64,000 nucleotides of DNA from an uncultured Candidatus Bathyarchaeia archaeon (GCA_964510635.1 CAZEBS010000004.1:1813-65812); one strand, 5' to 3'; numbered from the stretch's first letter, positions 29,739-39,484 are shown. Program-made: numbers and translations. Notes: generated by a model not told the origin, from the letters alone.

Positions 29739-31925
29739 TCACATGCTCCCTATCGCATCAAACGGACAAATCGCTTCACAGACGCCACAACCATAACAGA
29801 GAGTTGGGTCAATTTCAGCACTCTCAGAGGTTAAGGAAATTGCAGGACAACCAAACTGTTCAACGCACACCCCACAAGCGTTACATTCCTCCAAAACCGT
29901 CCTCCTTGGTCCCTTTTTGACCAGAAGAGGACAAGGTCTCCGAGATATGATAACAGAGGGTCCGCGATAATCCATAATTTCTTTTATGACCTTCCGGGTT
30001 GCTTCAACATCGTATGGGTCAACAATTTCCACCTTCTCGATTCCCACACTTCGCGCAACATCAGCCAACTCGATTACCTTTGTTTGCTCACCTAAAGCAT
30101 TCTTTCCCGAACCCGGGGTCGGCTGATGCCCAGTCATCGCCACAGTGCTGTTATCCAGTATGACTACACAAACATTCGATTTGTTGTAGGCAATATTGAG
30201 TAAACCAGGCATTCCACCATGGAAGAATGTTGAATCGCCTATAACCGCAAAAACTTTGTCCTTTACTCCAGCGTGAATCATGCCTGCAGCCTGGGAAATT
30301 CCTGCGCCCATACAGAGGCAAGTTTGAACTGTGTTAACAGGCGCCATGAATCCGAGGGTATAGCAGCCAATATCGCCTGTGACGATTTTGTCTTCGCTGC
30401 TTCCTTTGAGGCTCAGTGCACTTTCTGGGCACCATTTAACACACGCTGGCTCGCCATCACATGTGTCACACACTAACGCGTTCAGAGTCTCTGGGTGCAA
30501 GGTTATTGCCCCATACTTACAGGCTTCGATACACCAACCACACCCATTGCATTTTTCCTCATCAACAATTATTCTCCTATCTTTGACTGTCTGCCTTAGG
30601 GCATCCTTTGGACAGGCTGAAACACACGGCGCATCCTCACAGGCTCTGCAAGCCAGCGCCATATTAGATATTGTATCAAGCCGCACAGTCCTTATCCTAG
30701 ACTTGACAGGATTGAAGGTTGCCTCCTTCTCCATAGAGCAAGCATATTCACATACAATGCATCCATTACACTTTTTGGGGTTGCAGTCAACAAACTGGTT
30801 AACAGTATTCAGGGCATAATAGAATGCTCTGTGGGGACATCCGGGACACAGCATAGGAGGACGAGACGGCAAATCTAACTCATTTTGTAGTTCAGCCTTT
30901 TTACAATAACCCAAATCAACAAAAGCGTCCCTGATGACGTCGGGAGTGAACTCGCCGACGTCACTCAACTTCGTGTTGCTTTTTCCCAGAATATCGGGAT
31001 GCAGAAACTTGATGCTGTTTTCGATGTAGGGCTTTAGCTCTTCCACTACAATGACCTTCTTGACTTTGGAAGCAAACTTCTTGAACACTTCCTTGGGAAA
31101 GGGATAAACAAAGCCCAGTTTCAGCCAAGAAAACTTGGTTGTATCCAACACTGACCGAGCATAATAGTAGCCTATGCCGCTACCTACAATCCCGATGTCA
31201 CTTCTATTATCCTCAATCACATTGAATTCTGAGTCGTTAACAAGCTCGGTTGCCTCTTTCAGTTTCTCTTTAAGAACAGCATGCCGTTTAATCGCATTGG
31301 AGGGAACCATAACCCATCTTGAGCCATCCTTATCAAACTCAGCGTCTCGAGAGCCATCAGCAATCTTCTTGATTCTGACGCGCCCTTTTCCGTGAGCCAC
31401 ACGAGTAGTCAACCGAACAATCACTGGCAACTGAAGACGTTCACTTATCCTGAAGGCTTCACGGGTCATATCCATGGCTTCTTGAGGATTGCCCGCATCC
31501 AGAAGAGGAATGTCCGAGTGAAGCGAAAAATATCGTGTGTCCTGTTCATTCTGGCTACTATACATCGCAGGATCGTCACAGACGGCAATAACCAGCCCGC
31601 CTTTAACGCCAGTGTAGGCAAGGGTCATTGCGGCGTCAGCAGCAACGTTCAATCCAACATGCTTCATGGAAACGATGGAGCGTACGCCAGCCATGGATGC
31701 GCCTGTAGCCACTTCCATGGCAACTATTTCGTTTATGCTCCATTCTGCGTATATCCCAAAAGTTTTTGCTGCCTCAGCGATGGTTTCAAGAATTTCTGTG
31801 GAGGGAGTTCCAGGGTATGCTGTTGCTACGTTGACGCCTGCTTCTACTGCACCTCTTGCTACTGCCTCGTCTCCATTGAGAAGAAGGAAACTGTTAGGTT
31901 TGTCAACAGCTATCTTCGCGTTCAT
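29739..31925 (-). CDS. iorA: indolepyruvate:ferredoxin oxidoreductase subunit alpha, with an inserted poly-ferredoxin module
   Basis: LLNGDEAVARGAVEAGV..AYPGTPSTEI, CPGCPHRA, GDIGCYTLG, GDSTFFHGG, and C-terminal CNACGVC...CYGCGVCEAICP. The ATG at 31925 (MNAKIAV) sits 13 nt after the paaK stop; the track start at 31988 would overlap paaK by 50 nt. Confidence 0.9.
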   Translation of the reverse strand: MNAKIAVDKPNSFLLLNGDEAVARGAVEAGVNVATAYPGTPSTEILETIAEAAKTFGIYAEWSINEIVAMEVATGASMAGVRSIVSMKHVGLNVAADAAMTLAYTGVKGGLVIAVCDDPAMYSSQNEQDTRYFSLHSDIPLLDAGNPQEAMDMTREAFRISERLQLPVIVRLTTRVAHGKGRVRIKKIADGSRDAEFDKDGSRWVMVPSNAIKRHAVLKEKLKEATELVNDSEFNVIEDNRSDIGIVGSGIGYYYARSVLDTTKFSWLKLGFVYPFPKEVFKKFASKVKKVIVVEELKPYIENSIKFLHPDILGKSNTKLSDVGEFTPDVIRDAFVDLGYCKKAELQNELDLPSRPPMLCPGCPHRAFYYALNTVNQFVDCNPKKCNGCIVCEYACSMEKEATFNPVKSRIRTVRLDTISNMALACRACEDAPCVSACPKDALRQTVKDRRIIVDEEKCNGCGWCIEACKYGAITLHPETLNALVCDTCDGEPACVKWCPESALSLKGSSEDKIVTGDIGCYTLGFMAPVNTVQTCLCMGAGISQAAGMIHAGVKDKVFAVIGDSTFFHGGMPGLLNIAYNKSNVCVVILDNSTVAMTGHQPTPGSGKNALGEQTKVIELADVARSVGIEKVEIVDPYDVEATRKVIKEIMDYRGPSVIISRRPCPLLVKKGPRRTVLEECNACGVCVEQFGCPAISLTSESAEIDPTLCYGCGVCEAICPFDAIGSM

Positions 31926-31938
31926 GCCACCAAAGCCT

Positions 31939-33255
31939 TCAAATCTTGCCTGAACGCATGTCCAAAACCCGTTTTGCTTTTCCGACACTTCTGGGGATTT
32001 CGCCAGGTTTCACGAGTTCGACAAGTGGCGAGATACCCGTTACATTGTTTACTTTATGTCTGATGCTGAGCTTCAGTTTTTCCAGTTCGTTTTGGCTCAG
32101 TTTCATGCTTGTTTCGGTTAATTCCGCTTTTATGGTGAAAACGTCCAATGCATCGGGTCTTTCAACTATTATCTGATATTGTGCCTCTAGCTCTGGAAAG
32201 CCCATTATGACAAATTCTATCTGTGAGGGAAACACGTTGACGCCTCTTATTATCAGCATGTCGTCTGATCTTCCTGTTACCCTCAGCATTCTGGAGTGAG
32301 TTCTTCCACAAGCACATGGTTCAGTTTCAATAACCGAGATGTCTCGGGTTCTGAACCGCAGAATCGGAAGCCCCGTTTTGGTGAGTGTCGTGAAAACAAG
32401 TTCACCTTCTTCTCCAGCAGGCAACACCTCACCAGTTTTGGGGTCAATCGTTTCGATAAGGAAGTGGTCCTCCCAGATGTGCAAGCCGCTATGTTCACTG
32501 CATTCTACCGAAACACCTGGACCACACAATTCAGTCAATCCATAAATGTCGAAGGCCTCGATTTGGAGTTTGTCTTCGATTCTTTCCCTTATCCGTTCTG
32601 ACCAAGGCTCTGCCCCAAAGAGTCCCATCCTAATTTTAAGGTCCTTTTTAGGGTTGATTCCTAGTTGTGCCATGGCTTCGGCAAGATAGATCGCATAACT
32701 GGGTGTGCAGCATAGAACTGTGGAGCCAAAATCTTTCATGAGTTTTATTTGTCTCTCTGTCATTCCGCCGCTGATGGGCAGGACTGTTGTTCCGATTTTT
32801 TGGGCTCCATAGTGGAAGCCGAGTCCGCCCGTGAATAGGCCGTAGCCGTAGGCGTTGTGTATTATGTCTTCTTTTCTGACGCCTGTTGTATAGAGGGAGC
32901 GTGCCATTAGTTCTGTCCAAACATCCATGTCATTTTGGGTGTATGCTCCAACCACAGGGTTTCCTGTTGTTCCGCTTGATGCATGTAATTCTACAATGTC
33001 TGCAAGAGGAACTGTTACCATGCCGAAGGGGTAATTGTCTCTTAAATCAAACTTGGATGTGAAAGGAATCTTTTGTGCATCACCCAGCGTCTTTATGTCA
33101 TCAGGTTTTATTCCTGCGGTTTTGAATTTGTTGCGGTAAAATGTTGAATTGTCGTAGCAGTAGTTTACGAGGTTCTTGAGGAGTTTAAACTGATGTTTTT
33201 TTAGTTCGTCTCTGGTGGTTGTTTCGATTTTTTTGTTCCAGTACATATTAGCCAT
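31939..33255 (-). CDS. paaK: phenylacetate--CoA ligase (PaaK / F390-synthetase family)
   Basis: FTSKFDLRDNYPFGM, SSGTTGNPV, YGLTE and IIRGVNVFPSQIE are typical of PaaK. Confidence 0.9.
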   Translation of the reverse strand: MANMYWNKKIETTTRDELKKHQFKLLKNLVNYCYDNSTFYRNKFKTAGIKPDDIKTLGDAQKIPFTSKFDLRDNYPFGMVTVPLADIVELHASSGTTGNPVVGAYTQNDMDVWTELMARSLYTTGVRKEDIIHNAYGYGLFTGGLGFHYGAQKIGTTVLPISGGMTERQIKLMKDFGSTVLCCTPSYAIYLAEAMAQLGINPKKDLKIRMGLFGAEPWSERIRERIEDKLQIEAFDIYGLTELCGPGVSVECSEHSGLHIWEDHFLIETIDPKTGEVLPAGEEGELVFTTLTKTGLPILRFRTRDISVIETEPCACGRTHSRMLRVTGRSDDMLIIRGVNVFPSQIEFVIMGFPELEAQYQIIVERPDALDVFTIKAELTETSMKLSQNELEKLKLSIRHKVNNVTGISPLVELVKPGEIPRSVGKAKRVLDMRSGKI

Positions 33256-33269
33256 AGTAAACTCTCCAA

Positions 33270-33977
33270 TTAAAGACCCAAATACACTTCTATTATGTGG
33301 TCATTTGACAAAAGTTCTCTGCCTTCCCCTTCTATTATAATCTTGCCTTCTTCCAGAACGTAGCCTCTGTCGGCAATATTTAGTGAATCGCGGATGTTCT
33401 GTTCAACCAGAAGGATAGCAACGCCCTCTTCATTTATCTGCCGCAGAGTGTCCAGCACCTTGGCTACGATTATGGGCGCTAAACCCAAAGAAGGCTCATC
33501 AAGTATCAGGAGTTCAGGGTTTGACATCAGACTTCTGCCAATAACCAGCATCTGCTGTTCTCCGCCGCTGAGAGTCTGAGCCAGCACCTTCTCTTTCTTG
33601 TGTAGAACAGGGAAAATTTGGTAAATACGTTCCTGCGATTCCTTAACCTGCTGTTTATCTTTCAGCGTGTAAGCACCCAAAAGTATGTTTTCTTCAACAG
33701 TCAACTTGGGAAAGATGTCTCTTCCTTCAGGAATTAAACTGATTTTTTTCTTTACAATTTCGTAGGGGGGTAGGTTTTCGATGTGTTCGCCTTTGAATTT
33801 GATTGTGCCGCTTTTTGCTGGCAGTATTCCCATGATTGTTTTGACGAGGGTTGTTTTGCCTGCGCCGTTTGGACCGATTATGCTAACTATTTCCTTTTGC
33901 TTGATTTTGAAGGAGACATCCCAAAGTATTTGAATCAGGCCATAGCCAGCGGAAACATTTTCGATTTCTAGCATCAT
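33270..33977 (-). CDS. livF: branched-chain amino acid ABC transporter ATP-binding protein
   Basis: GPNGAGKTT (Walker A), LSGGEQQML (signature) and LILDEPSLGLAP (Walker B). Confidence 0.9.
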   Translation of the reverse strand: MMLEIENVSAGYGLIQILWDVSFKIKQKEIVSIIGPNGAGKTTLVKTIMGILPAKSGTIKFKGEHIENLPPYEIVKKKISLIPEGRDIFPKLTVEENILLGAYTLKDKQQVKESQERIYQIFPVLHKKEKVLAQTLSGGEQQMLVIGRSLMSNPELLILDEPSLGLAPIIVAKVLDTLRQINEEGVAILLVEQNIRDSLNIADRGYVLEEGKIIIEGEGRELLSNDHIIEVYLGL

Positions 33978-34744
33978 AACTCCTCATCAAAAGAGAATTT
34001 CTTGCCCAAATACACTTTTATCACGTTCTCGTCATTGCAGACTTCTTTAGGTTTTCCTTCACAGATTTTTTCGCCATGATGAAGAACAGCCACGCTGTCA
34101 CACAGGCCCATAATGACTCTCATGACATGTTCTACTATGAGGACAGTTACGCCCTGTTTGTTGATGCGTTTCACTAAAGCAATCGCTTCATCGCTCTCTT
34201 TCGGCGTCAAACCTGTAAGAAGTTCATCCAGCAGAAGCAGTTTCGGTGATGTGGCTAAGGCTCTTGCGAGCTGAACTCGCCTCAATTCTATTACATTCAA
34301 TTTTTTGGCTGGAACATTGAACTTGTCTTTGTCTAAGCCCACGAAACCTAGAAGTTCTGTAGCTCTGTCCATTGGGTCTGCTTCTTCTTTCCTGCCAAAA
34401 AGTGCGCCTATTAACACATTTTGTAGGGCAGTCATGTCGGGAAACGATTGGACAGTTTGAGAAGTTTTTGTTATTCCCCTGTAACAGATTTGATGGGGAG
34501 GAAGTTTCGAAATGTCTTCATTCAGAAACTCGACTTTTCCAGAGTCTGGTTTGTAAACTCCGCTAATCACATTCAGAAGGGTTGACTTTCCAGAGCCGTT
34601 AGGGCCAACAAGTCCCGTGATTTCGTTTTCGTTTACTGTGAAATTTACGCTCTTTAGTGCTTTAAGGCCTCCGAACTCTTTTGAGACGTCAATACAGCGA
34701 AGCAAAGTTGGGTTCTCCACAGTAAAGAAGGAAATGTTAGCCAT
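33974..34744 (-). CDS. livG: branched-chain amino acid ABC transporter ATP-binding protein
   Basis: GPNGSGKST and LLLDELLTGL. The 4-nt overlap with livF suggests coupling. ATG at 34744 (MANISFF) is preferred. Confidence 0.9.
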   Translation of the reverse strand: MANISFFTVENPTLLRCIDVSKEFGGLKALKSVNFTVNENEITGLVGPNGSGKSTLLNVISGVYKPDSGKVEFLNEDISKLPPHQICYRGITKTSQTVQSFPDMTALQNVLIGALFGRKEEADPMDRATELLGFVGLDKDKFNVPAKKLNVIELRRVQLARALATSPKLLLLDELLTGLTPKESDEAIALVKRINKQGVTVLIVEHVMRVIMGLCDSVAVLHHGEKICEGKPKEVCNDENVIKVYLGKKFSFDEEL

Positions 34745-34791
34745 ATGAAAATATAAATATTGTTTGCAACCTCTTAGATTTGGGGTTTGGG

Positions 34792-35238
34792 ATGCCAATA
34801 AAGCAAGTCAGCGTCTTTCTAGATAACCGACCAGGCGCATTATCGGAAGTAATCGAGCATATTGACAAGTTTCGGATGAAAATTTTCGCGTTGTCAATCG
34901 CTGATGCTGGAGAATTCGGGTTAGTCCGGATGATAACTGAGGACCCTGAAAGAGCTGTGAAAGATTTGGAGGATTCAGACTTTATCCTCGCAAAGTCGAA
35001 GAAGAACAGTGAAGTGATAGCTATTCTGATAACCGAAGGCGGCAAGGTGTCTGAGATTGCGAAGATGCTTGGGGATGAGGACCTGAACATTGAGTATGCT
35101 TATTCGTCGGCGGTTCTGATTGATGGAAAACTTGCTGTCATATTGAGGGTTAATGATTTGGATAAAGCTGAGAAGATTCTTCGTGCAAACAGTATTCCCA
35201 TCCTTTCCTTGGATGAAATCAAAAAGAGCTTTGCATAA
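34792..35238 (+). CDS. tandem ACT-domain protein (the type usually linked to paaK)
   Basis: MPIKQVSVFLDNRPGALSEVIEHI...FALSIAD, and a second half with NIEYAYS...LAVILRVND. Divergent from livG across a 47-bp A/T-rich spacer. Confidence 0.8.
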   Translation: MPIKQVSVFLDNRPGALSEVIEHIDKFRMKIFALSIADAGEFGLVRMITEDPERAVKDLEDSDFILAKSKKNSEVIAILITEGGKVSEIAKMLGDEDLNIEYAYSSAVLIDGKLAVILRVNDLDKAEKILRANSIPILSLDEIKKSFA

Positions 35239-35365
35239 TCAGCTGCCTGTTACGTGACTACGTCGTTTGGTAATAATCGGCAAAAAGCGACCAATCAATC
35301 GTGTGCAAAATTTTTTAAGCACTGACAGAGTAGAAAAGGAGTATACCTAAAGGGAGAAAAACCCG

Positions 35366-36202
35366 ATGAAAAAAACAGGTATAGTTATATTTTGTATGCT
35401 TTTGCTATTCGTGCTAGCATTTGCAGGAAATGTAAGCGCTTACAACGCCGCCTATACACACACCCTTTACCAGAGCACAGTCGTACCAGTGATTGATGGA
35501 ACATACATCGTTGACGCTGACTGGATCGCCAGTGGAAGAGAAGACTTCGGGGATGGCGCTGCTTTCCATGACCAATGGGTTATGGATCCAAATCTATTAT
35601 GCCTTATCGTTGAAGTTACTGACAACACAGACGACGCAGGCGACAAGTTGACAATATGTTTTGACGGAACCTCTGCTGGTGGTGCAACCGAGCCTGATGG
35701 AGGTCCAAATCCTACACAGTACGATAAAAAGTTGGAAGTCACAGGACACGGTGGCTCTACGACTATTCAATGGTTCGTAGGAGATGGCCCAGGCTGGGTT
35801 GTATCTGGTGTTTCAAGTGCTGGATTCTTGGAGTTAGCTCAAGCCTTGACTTCGACTCCGACAATAGCGGCTGAACACTACGTATACGAAATGAACATTA
35901 TGAAGTTAGACGAAAGTTTTGGAAGTCCTCTAATAGGCTATACGTGGGCAGAGTTTGTCTCATACTATGATGAAGATACTGGCGAAACTCAACAATGGCC
36001 TCCAGCAGACGCAACTCCAGCAGGCAGCCCAGACGTTCCAGACAGTTGGGGATACATCCCATACGCACAAGAACCGAATCCCGAGACAACTATTCCTGAA
36101 GGCACAGGCTTCGTTGTTATGTTAGCGGTATCTTCGGTCGCCGCGGCTGGAGCACTGCTTCTACGCAAACGAAAAAAATACCGAATCTCAACTAAAAACT
36201 AG
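35366..36202 (+). CDS. secreted surface protein with a C-terminal TM anchor
   Basis: Signal peptide (IVIFCMLLLFVLAFAGNVSA). C-terminal PEGTGFVVMLAVSSVAAAGALLLRKRKK. GGGAG lies upstream of the ATG. Confidence 0.6.
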   Translation: MKKTGIVIFCMLLLFVLAFAGNVSAYNAAYTHTLYQSTVVPVIDGTYIVDADWIASGREDFGDGAAFHDQWVMDPNLLCLIVEVTDNTDDAGDKLTICFDGTSAGGATEPDGGPNPTQYDKKLEVTGHGGSTTIQWFVGDGPGWVVSGVSSAGFLELAQALTSTPTIAAEHYVYEMNIMKLDESFGSPLIGYTWAEFVSYYDEDTGETQQWPPADATPAGSPDVPDSWGYIPYAQEPNPETTIPEGTGFVVMLAVSSVAAAGALLLRKRKKYRISTKN

Positions 36203-36212
36203 ACAACCTCCC

Positions 36213-36220
36213 TTTTTTTT
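36213..36220 (+). terminator. oligo-T tract (T8) 10 nt after the stop of 35366-36202
   Basis: cctccc-TTTTTTTT directly after TAG at 36200-36202. Archaeal RNAP terminates at oligo-T tracts. Confidence 0.35.
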
Positions 36221-36544
36221 ATAATTTAAAGATTTGTTTTTGAGCCTGCAAACAGAAATTTGAGGCTACTCTAGCCGTTTGATTATGTGTTATACGAACA
36301 GATAGTTCGGATATTATTTGGGGTTAACAGGATTCAGCCTCGTTCTTAGAACTAATACAGCTATCTGTGAAGAAAGTGGGTTTGCTGAGGCTTCTGCATG
36401 TTGTCAAAATTTGGGAATGAAAAACAATGGAACATATCTACCACTATTGCTTTTTGCGATTTTGATTTCGTGCATGAGCCTTTTCAGCCCCCTTTTCTTC
36501 AGTTAAGTTTTACTCCCAAAAAAAGAAGGGAGGGAAATGGTTGG

Positions 36545-39274
36545 TTATTTCTTCTTGAAGATGCAGCAGTATAGTCCGATGATTAGTACGACGACAACGA
36601 GTATTATGATGACGAGGTCGATTGTCTGGTATGCTGGAACTTCTGGGCAAGTGGTATCTGGGTATTGTGGAAGCATGTTGATAGTCCGTTGAGCAGCATC
36701 AGCAGCAATCTCCTCAGCAGTAGGAACGTATGGATATTGTGGAAGCATGGCAATAGTTCTCGCAGCAGATTCAGCAGCAATTTCCTCTACAGTTGGAGAC
36801 TCCGGATATTCTGGCGCTGGATCTACAACAAAACTGGTTGTGGCGTATGAAGCATAGTAGGCTTTGGAGCCCTCGAATATCACGGTTACCTCGTACACTC
36901 CGACAATTGTAGGAGCCCATACCATCTTGAAAGCGCCAGTACTATCGGCTGTAACAGTCTCTGAGTAATAGTCGCCATTCGGGTCTTGTATTTTCACAAA
37001 TACGTCAACACCTTGGACGTCAGCTGGACACTCAAACTGCTTGTACACGTATAGCATCCAATCGCTCATGCTTTCATCGGATACAGCGGGAACACCGTCT
37101 CGGAAACGTACTCTTATATTAGAATCCTCAGTGCCTGGTGATACATCAGTCACCTTGCCCTGTATTAGTATACTATTTCCCTGTGTGATAACATTGTTTT
37201 GAATCCATGCTTTGGTGTGGCTTGCGCCTCTACCGATAGCATACATACGCTGGTCGTAGGTATCCATTGTTGCTATTATGCTGTCGCCAATAATTGCTAA
37301 TCCTCCCCAGCCAGTTTGACGGAACAAACCATTGGCTCTCCATATTACATCTCCAGTTATAGCGTTGAGACAAAGGAACGGTGCACCGCGGGGTAACGGT
37401 TGATTGCCAGAGTGTTCTGCAGAGCCTACGTACAGTTTGCCTTCGGTAATGAAAGTTATTCCGAGCCACCAATTACTCGAAAAGGGGCTTTCAGTGTAGG
37501 GGTCTCTTGCCTCGTATGTCCATAGCAAGTCGCCTGTCGTAACATTGTAACAGTATAGTATTCCTGCGACTCCACAAGCGTAGAGCCTGCCATAAGCAAT
37601 CAGATGAGACGTAAGCATTGTGCCTTCATATATGTCCAAATAATACTGTGAGTCACTTTGAGTCCAAATCATCTCTCCTGTTTCAAGGCTAACACCGTAA
37701 TGTTTTCTAAGCTCTTTTGACCATAGAACACCAACTTTGTCTTCTGCACTCCAAGCTGCCCAGCTTATACTTTGGTTGCCTGAAATCCAATCAGAAGGAG
37801 GCAGCCATGATTCATTGAATAGCACTTGTCCTTCTTCTCCCTGCTTCAAGCTTATGCCCCAGACCTGGACGCTACTTGGTACAACCCCGCCCCCAAAACC
37901 ACCGACAAGGTTTGAACCAATTACTCTGTCGCCAAAAAAGCTTGCTACGACGCTTCCCTGTAATTCTGCTGGTATCGTTACGTTCCAATCCCATCCTTCT
38001 GCGGCTGCTTCTGTGTCTGCTCCCGCATCAAATGTCATTCCGTTGACTACGTTTCCCCAGCTACCGCCGTATTCATAATATCCTGTGGCTGACGCTGCTA
38101 TAAATGAAGGCATGCTCCACAGACCCATCCAACCATTTTGATCGGTATGTAGTACATAGAGTGCGCCATTGGAATCGCGTAAAGTGGTGCCTGACGGAAC
38201 ATTCTCAATAGTGAACGCCCAGTTTCCAGTGTAGGCGTTAAACGCAGTCCAAGTTCCTGGCAGATATGTACCTGTAAAGAAATCATATCCACCTTCTGTT
38301 ACCCATAAGTACGCATAAGCGCCCATGTAGTTGAAGCCTTGATAGTATAATATTTGCGCGAAAGCTATCGTTTGGTTGTCCATAAAAACCTTAGTCCAAA
38401 GTTCTTCTCCAGTATGTAGGTCTACGCAGTGATATTCAACTGGCTCAGGAAAACTGCCCAATATCATGCCAGCCGCATAGGTCGCGTAGTAAAGTTTTCC
38501 TGCAATGATAAATCGGCTGCTCCATATGCCCTCGTATGCGTCTCCTGTTCCGAATCCAACAGCGCCTTGGTTTATTGATTCAGCAAGGCCTACATCTCCT
38601 CCAACGAGTCCTCCCATGGTTAGTGGCTCTGTCCACAATATATGTGCAGTTTCTGGTGCATATTCGTTGTTAGTAGCGATGCGGTTATCCGGATCGTACG
38701 GCCAGCTTCCTGCGATTGTGTACCATTCTCTAGCTTGTGAGTCTATTGGGCGAGTCCAGTATTCGGCTGGAAGTGGCACGCCAGGATAATCGGGTATCGG
38801 TTCCGCTTGTACGACAAGCGTTAACTCTTCGCTGTCACTAGCCATATAAAGTGTGTGAGTTTCAACGGGACCAAACATAGTAAATCCAGTAAAGTTGTAC
38901 CACTGCTCTGGGAAATGGGTTTGCAAAACATATTCGCCAACCATGTTAGGCGTATAAATATCGCCTGCTCCACCTGTTGAGTCGGTTTCGTAAGGTCCTA
39001 ACGTTTCAGTATTGCCGTTTGGAAGTTTAACTGTTACAGTTATGTCCTTCCAACTTTCATATGCGAGAGTAAGTGGGTCTGTAATTCCGAAGTGCAGCAG
39101 AACGTCTTGTCCAACACCAACAGGATTAGGGTTAGCACCAACGAAGGCATAGGTTTCTTTCGTTTCCGTTTCCTGTGCGTTAGTGATTGGTAAAGAAATT
39201 AACATAGCAGATGCTGTTAACACCAGAATTAGCGTGATAGTAGAAATTTTTGTTTTCAAATATAGTTTTTCCAT
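36545..39274 (-). CDS. large secreted PQQ-like beta-propeller protein with Ig-like C-terminal region, tandem repeat and TM anchor
   Basis: 909 aa. Signal anchor. Propeller-type blades (GKLYYATY, GRLYACGVAGILYCYNVTTGDLLWTY, GKLYVGS...GDVIWR). C-terminal LVIIILVVVVLIIGLYCCIFKKK. Confidence 0.75.
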   Translation of the reverse strand: MEKLYLKTKISTITLILVLTASAMLISLPITNAQETETKETYAFVGANPNPVGVGQDVLLHFGITDPLTLAYESWKDITVTVKLPNGNTETLGPYETDSTGGAGDIYTPNMVGEYVLQTHFPEQWYNFTGFTMFGPVETHTLYMASDSEELTLVVQAEPIPDYPGVPLPAEYWTRPIDSQAREWYTIAGSWPYDPDNRIATNNEYAPETAHILWTEPLTMGGLVGGDVGLAESINQGAVGFGTGDAYEGIWSSRFIIAGKLYYATYAAGMILGSFPEPVEYHCVDLHTGEELWTKVFMDNQTIAFAQILYYQGFNYMGAYAYLWVTEGGYDFFTGTYLPGTWTAFNAYTGNWAFTIENVPSGTTLRDSNGALYVLHTDQNGWMGLWSMPSFIAASATGYYEYGGSWGNVVNGMTFDAGADTEAAAEGWDWNVTIPAELQGSVVASFFGDRVIGSNLVGGFGGGVVPSSVQVWGISLKQGEEGQVLFNESWLPPSDWISGNQSISWAAWSAEDKVGVLWSKELRKHYGVSLETGEMIWTQSDSQYYLDIYEGTMLTSHLIAYGRLYACGVAGILYCYNVTTGDLLWTYEARDPYTESPFSSNWWLGITFITEGKLYVGSAEHSGNQPLPRGAPFLCLNAITGDVIWRANGLFRQTGWGGLAIIGDSIIATMDTYDQRMYAIGRGASHTKAWIQNNVITQGNSILIQGKVTDVSPGTEDSNIRVRFRDGVPAVSDESMSDWMLYVYKQFECPADVQGVDVFVKIQDPNGDYYSETVTADSTGAFKMVWAPTIVGVYEVTVIFEGSKAYYASYATTSFVVDPAPEYPESPTVEEIAAESAARTIAMLPQYPYVPTAEEIAADAAQRTINMLPQYPDTTCPEVPAYQTIDLVIIILVVVVLIIGLYCCIFKKK
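36655..36798 (-). repeat. 2 x 72-bp in-frame tandem repeat inside the 909-aa gene
   Basis: ggtattgtggaagcatg at 36661 and atattgtggaagcatgg at 36733. Encodes T(V/A)EEIAA(E/D)(S/A)A(A/Q)RTI(A/N)MLPQYP twice. Confidence 0.75.
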
Positions 39275-39465
39275 TTATTTTCCTCTTTTATTTTACGAGT
39301 TCGGGATGCCTTTTGCAGCCATTCTGCCGGCAACATTTGAACTCAATACTGAACCAAACATTTAGTTGAATGCTATGACTAGCATTACAGACCAGCTGTT
39401 AAGACTCCCCCAGCTCGACAGAGAACATCTTTTGGTTTCATCTTAAAAAATTTGCCATTCCGTTT

Positions 39466-39484
39466 GGGGTTAAAATTTAACCCC
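39466..39484. repeat. palindromic GGGGTTAAAATTTAACCCC motif (copy 1 of 3), terminator-like hairpin
   Basis: 8-bp stem with a 3-nt loop. Ends 3 nt from the parvulin stop codon (39488-39490). Related copies lie at 43973-44002 and 45481-45504. Confidence 0.6.

Noticed and set aside
29739-32176. Several plus-strand ORFs of 70-223 aa antisense to iorA and paaK (for example 31392-32063)
   Set aside because: They are embedded in strongly supported minus-strand genes and have Cys/His/Ser-rich nonsense composition.
36655-36798. Tandem repeat checked as a possible CRISPR or minisatellite
   Set aside because: There are only two units, in frame and coding within a long ORF, with no spacers. No CRISPR-like array was seen anywhere in the window.
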